Source: Eledone cirrhosa
Taxonomy: Eukaryota
DNA length: 64,000 bases
Direction of reading: 5' to 3'
Assembly (NCBI GenBank): GCA_964016885.1
Contig: OZ024761.1
Coordinates: forward strand, 23,188,001 to 23,252,000
Position 1 is the first letter of the stretch; each line of letters opens with the position of its first letter. Below the pieces are notes generated by a model that was not told the origin of the DNA, searched no databases, and was given only the letters and a program-made list of their open reading frames with translations. The position numbers and the translations under genes were made by a program. Below are positions 61,815 through 64,000 of the stretch, in pieces.

Positions 61815-62038
61815 AATACATCTCTTTTACTGCATCTTTCTGTTCTTTTTAATTCTCTCTCTCTCTCTCTAAATATATATTTTATATATATTATATATAG
61901 GAAAAAGTATGACCCCGACGGCAGAGCTCAAGCCGTTCCGACGGCTATTTCTGGACTTTTTCCTATTACCCACTCTACTACCCTAAGTATTGAGTACTCT
62001 GGTACGTTATGGTCCACCTGGTATCTTGCCACAACTGC

Positions 62039-62081
<43 letters not shown>

Positions 62082-62084
<3 letters not shown>

Positions 62085-62492
62085 CTCCCCTCTCTCTCTC
62101 ATCTCTCCCCCTTTCTCTCTCATCTCTCCCCCTTTCTCACCTACCTTTCCCCCCTTTCTCACCTACCTCTCCCCCTTTCTCACCTACCTCCCCCCTTTCT
62201 CACCTCCCTCTCCTCCCTCATCTCTCCTCCCCCCTTTCTCACCTACCTCTCCTCCCTCATCTCTCCTCCCTCATCTCTCCTCCCTCATCTCTCCTCCCTC
62301 ATCTCTCCTCCCTCATCTCTCCTCCCTCTCTCCTCCCTCATCTCTCCTCCCTCTCTCCTCCCTCATCTCTCCTCCCTCTCTCCTCCCTCATCTCTCCTCC
62401 CTCTCTCCTCCCTCTCTCCTCCCTCATCTCTCCTCCCTCATCTCTCCTCTCTTTCATTTCTCTCCTCTCTTTCATTTCTCTCCTCTCTTTCA
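62082..62492. repeat. Polypyrimidine (CT-rich) minisatellite
   Basis: Repeated TCTCTCCTCCC(TCA) units. Confidence 0.9.
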
Positions 62493-62498
62493 TTTATT

Positions 62499-62541
<43 letters not shown>

Positions 62542-63694
62542 TTATACGTCCACCAGACGGCACTAAAGTACCAAACCTTGTTGTTTATGTCACTAATAAT
62601 ATCATTTGGCAGTTGTATCACGACTAAATCACATTGCTTTCACTCTCATTCTCACATACACGCCATTTTATCACTGACACAACCCCCCCCCCCCCCTCTT
62701 TCTCTTCTCTCTCTATCAGCATTTGGTCATTGTCAATACATATTCCTATTTTATTGAGATACCAAAGCGCAGCCATGTTTAGACGTAGCGTAATTGCTCC
62801 GTGCAAAGAAGAGACACGAAATGAGATGAGATTGGAAAAGAAAGAAAAAACGAAACTAGAAAGAGAAACTATACCCCCCCTCCACCCGCCCCAATCCCCT
62901 CCGAAAAAAAGAAAGAAAAACAGACAAAATACACCCCTATCCAAAAGGAAGAAAAAAGCCTCTAGAGAAACAACACCCCACCCAAAAAAGAACGAACGAA
63001 AGAAAGAAAGAAGCAGCAAAAAGAATCTATACCCAATCCTCCCTCTCCCCACAAAAAAGAAAGACAAAAGAACAGATAAACTACACCCCACCTAGAAAAA
63101 GAGAGGAACTACACACCAACAAAGGAAAGAAAAGGAGAAACTACATCACTATCCCCCAAAATGAGAAGAGAGAAACTACATCCCATTTCCAGAAAGAAAG
63201 AAAGAAAGAAAGAAAGAAAAACAGGAACTAGAAGGAAAAAAACGAACAAGGAGAAACCACACGCTCCACCAAAAAGAGAAAGAAAGAAAAATAGAGGAAC
63301 TAGAAATCAACCAAAAGAAAAAGAACGAACAAGGAGAAACTACGCCCCTTCCCCGCCCTCTTCCAAAAGCAAAAGACAACACAAAACCAAACCAAAAAGA
63401 AAACACGAAGTGTTGAGATAAATGAGATCAACAAGTATTAAGAGCGTTACAACAACAACATGGTAAACAAAGGAAGAAGTATCAAGAGATATGTAATAGG
63501 ATTCGACTAACAGAAAATAACTCCAGTTTTACATTATAGACAAAAGACATGCAGAGGAATTCAAGCTTCGAAATTTGATTTCATGGTGATCTGGTCACGC
63601 TATATTCCTCTGAAACATAAAATCGAACTCTCCAAGAACCGGTTTGTGTTCGTGCCTTTGCCAGTGAAGGCTTATGGTGTCATATATATATATT

Positions 63695-64000
63695 TATTAA
63701 AATAACAGATTAAACAAAGAATCGCTGCTTTCACCCTTAACGGGATCTTCTGAAACTAACATTAGTCTACGACTTCTTTTATACCATAAACGTGGTCCTG
63801 GCTTTGCGTGTAATTGTTTTTCACCGCTCCTATTAATGACGTATTATATTCGTTTTTTTCCCGTTCTTTGCCAGGGAACGTTTCCACAAACCAAAGTATC
63901 GTCTTCCTGTCTTCCTCTGGTTGCAACGTTTTTTGAAATATTCACTTCTGCGTTCACAGATTGACTTTAATTTCAGAAGTTCCCGTTAAGGGTGAAAGCA
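63695..64000. mobile_element. MITE-like element with long inverted repeats, running off the window end
   Basis: TGCTTTCACCCTTAACGGGA..CTTCTGAAA at ~63727 is mirrored at 63971-64000; a collapsed relative lies at 30231-30335. Confidence 0.6.

Noticed and set aside
62634-63421. Lys/Arg-rich ORFs, also at 2500-2937
   Set aside because: A-rich low-complexity tracts with no consistent frame.

Overview
Eukaryotic, repeat-saturated genomic DNA, most likely a coleoid cephalopod (octopus-like) judging by the SINE and RTE-derived repeat families (inference from remembered families, no search run). About half of the window is (TA)n/(TG)n/(TATG)n and trinucleotide microsatellite, and nearly all long ORFs in the track are artefacts of those repeats. 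There is a 200-N assembly gap at 20492-20691. One convincing protein-coding gene is present: a two-exon (8248-8592 + 9589-9888, 214 aa), strongly divergent proteasome-activator PA28/REG (PSME-family) paralog with a degenerate activation loop and no C-terminal Tyr. The window also holds an unusual density of type I hammerhead-ribozyme motifs: four well formed, a tandem pair in 315-bp units, and several decayed. Other notable items are a ~70% Arg protamine-like frame lacking an obvious start, a diverged ~80-bp array of hairpin-forming units, a 143-bp satellite and long palindromes. Mobile-element remnants are many: nested Tc1/mariner, RTE, Tx1/L1, CR1/Jockey, an RLE-type non-LTR element, hAT and tRNA-derived SINEs.
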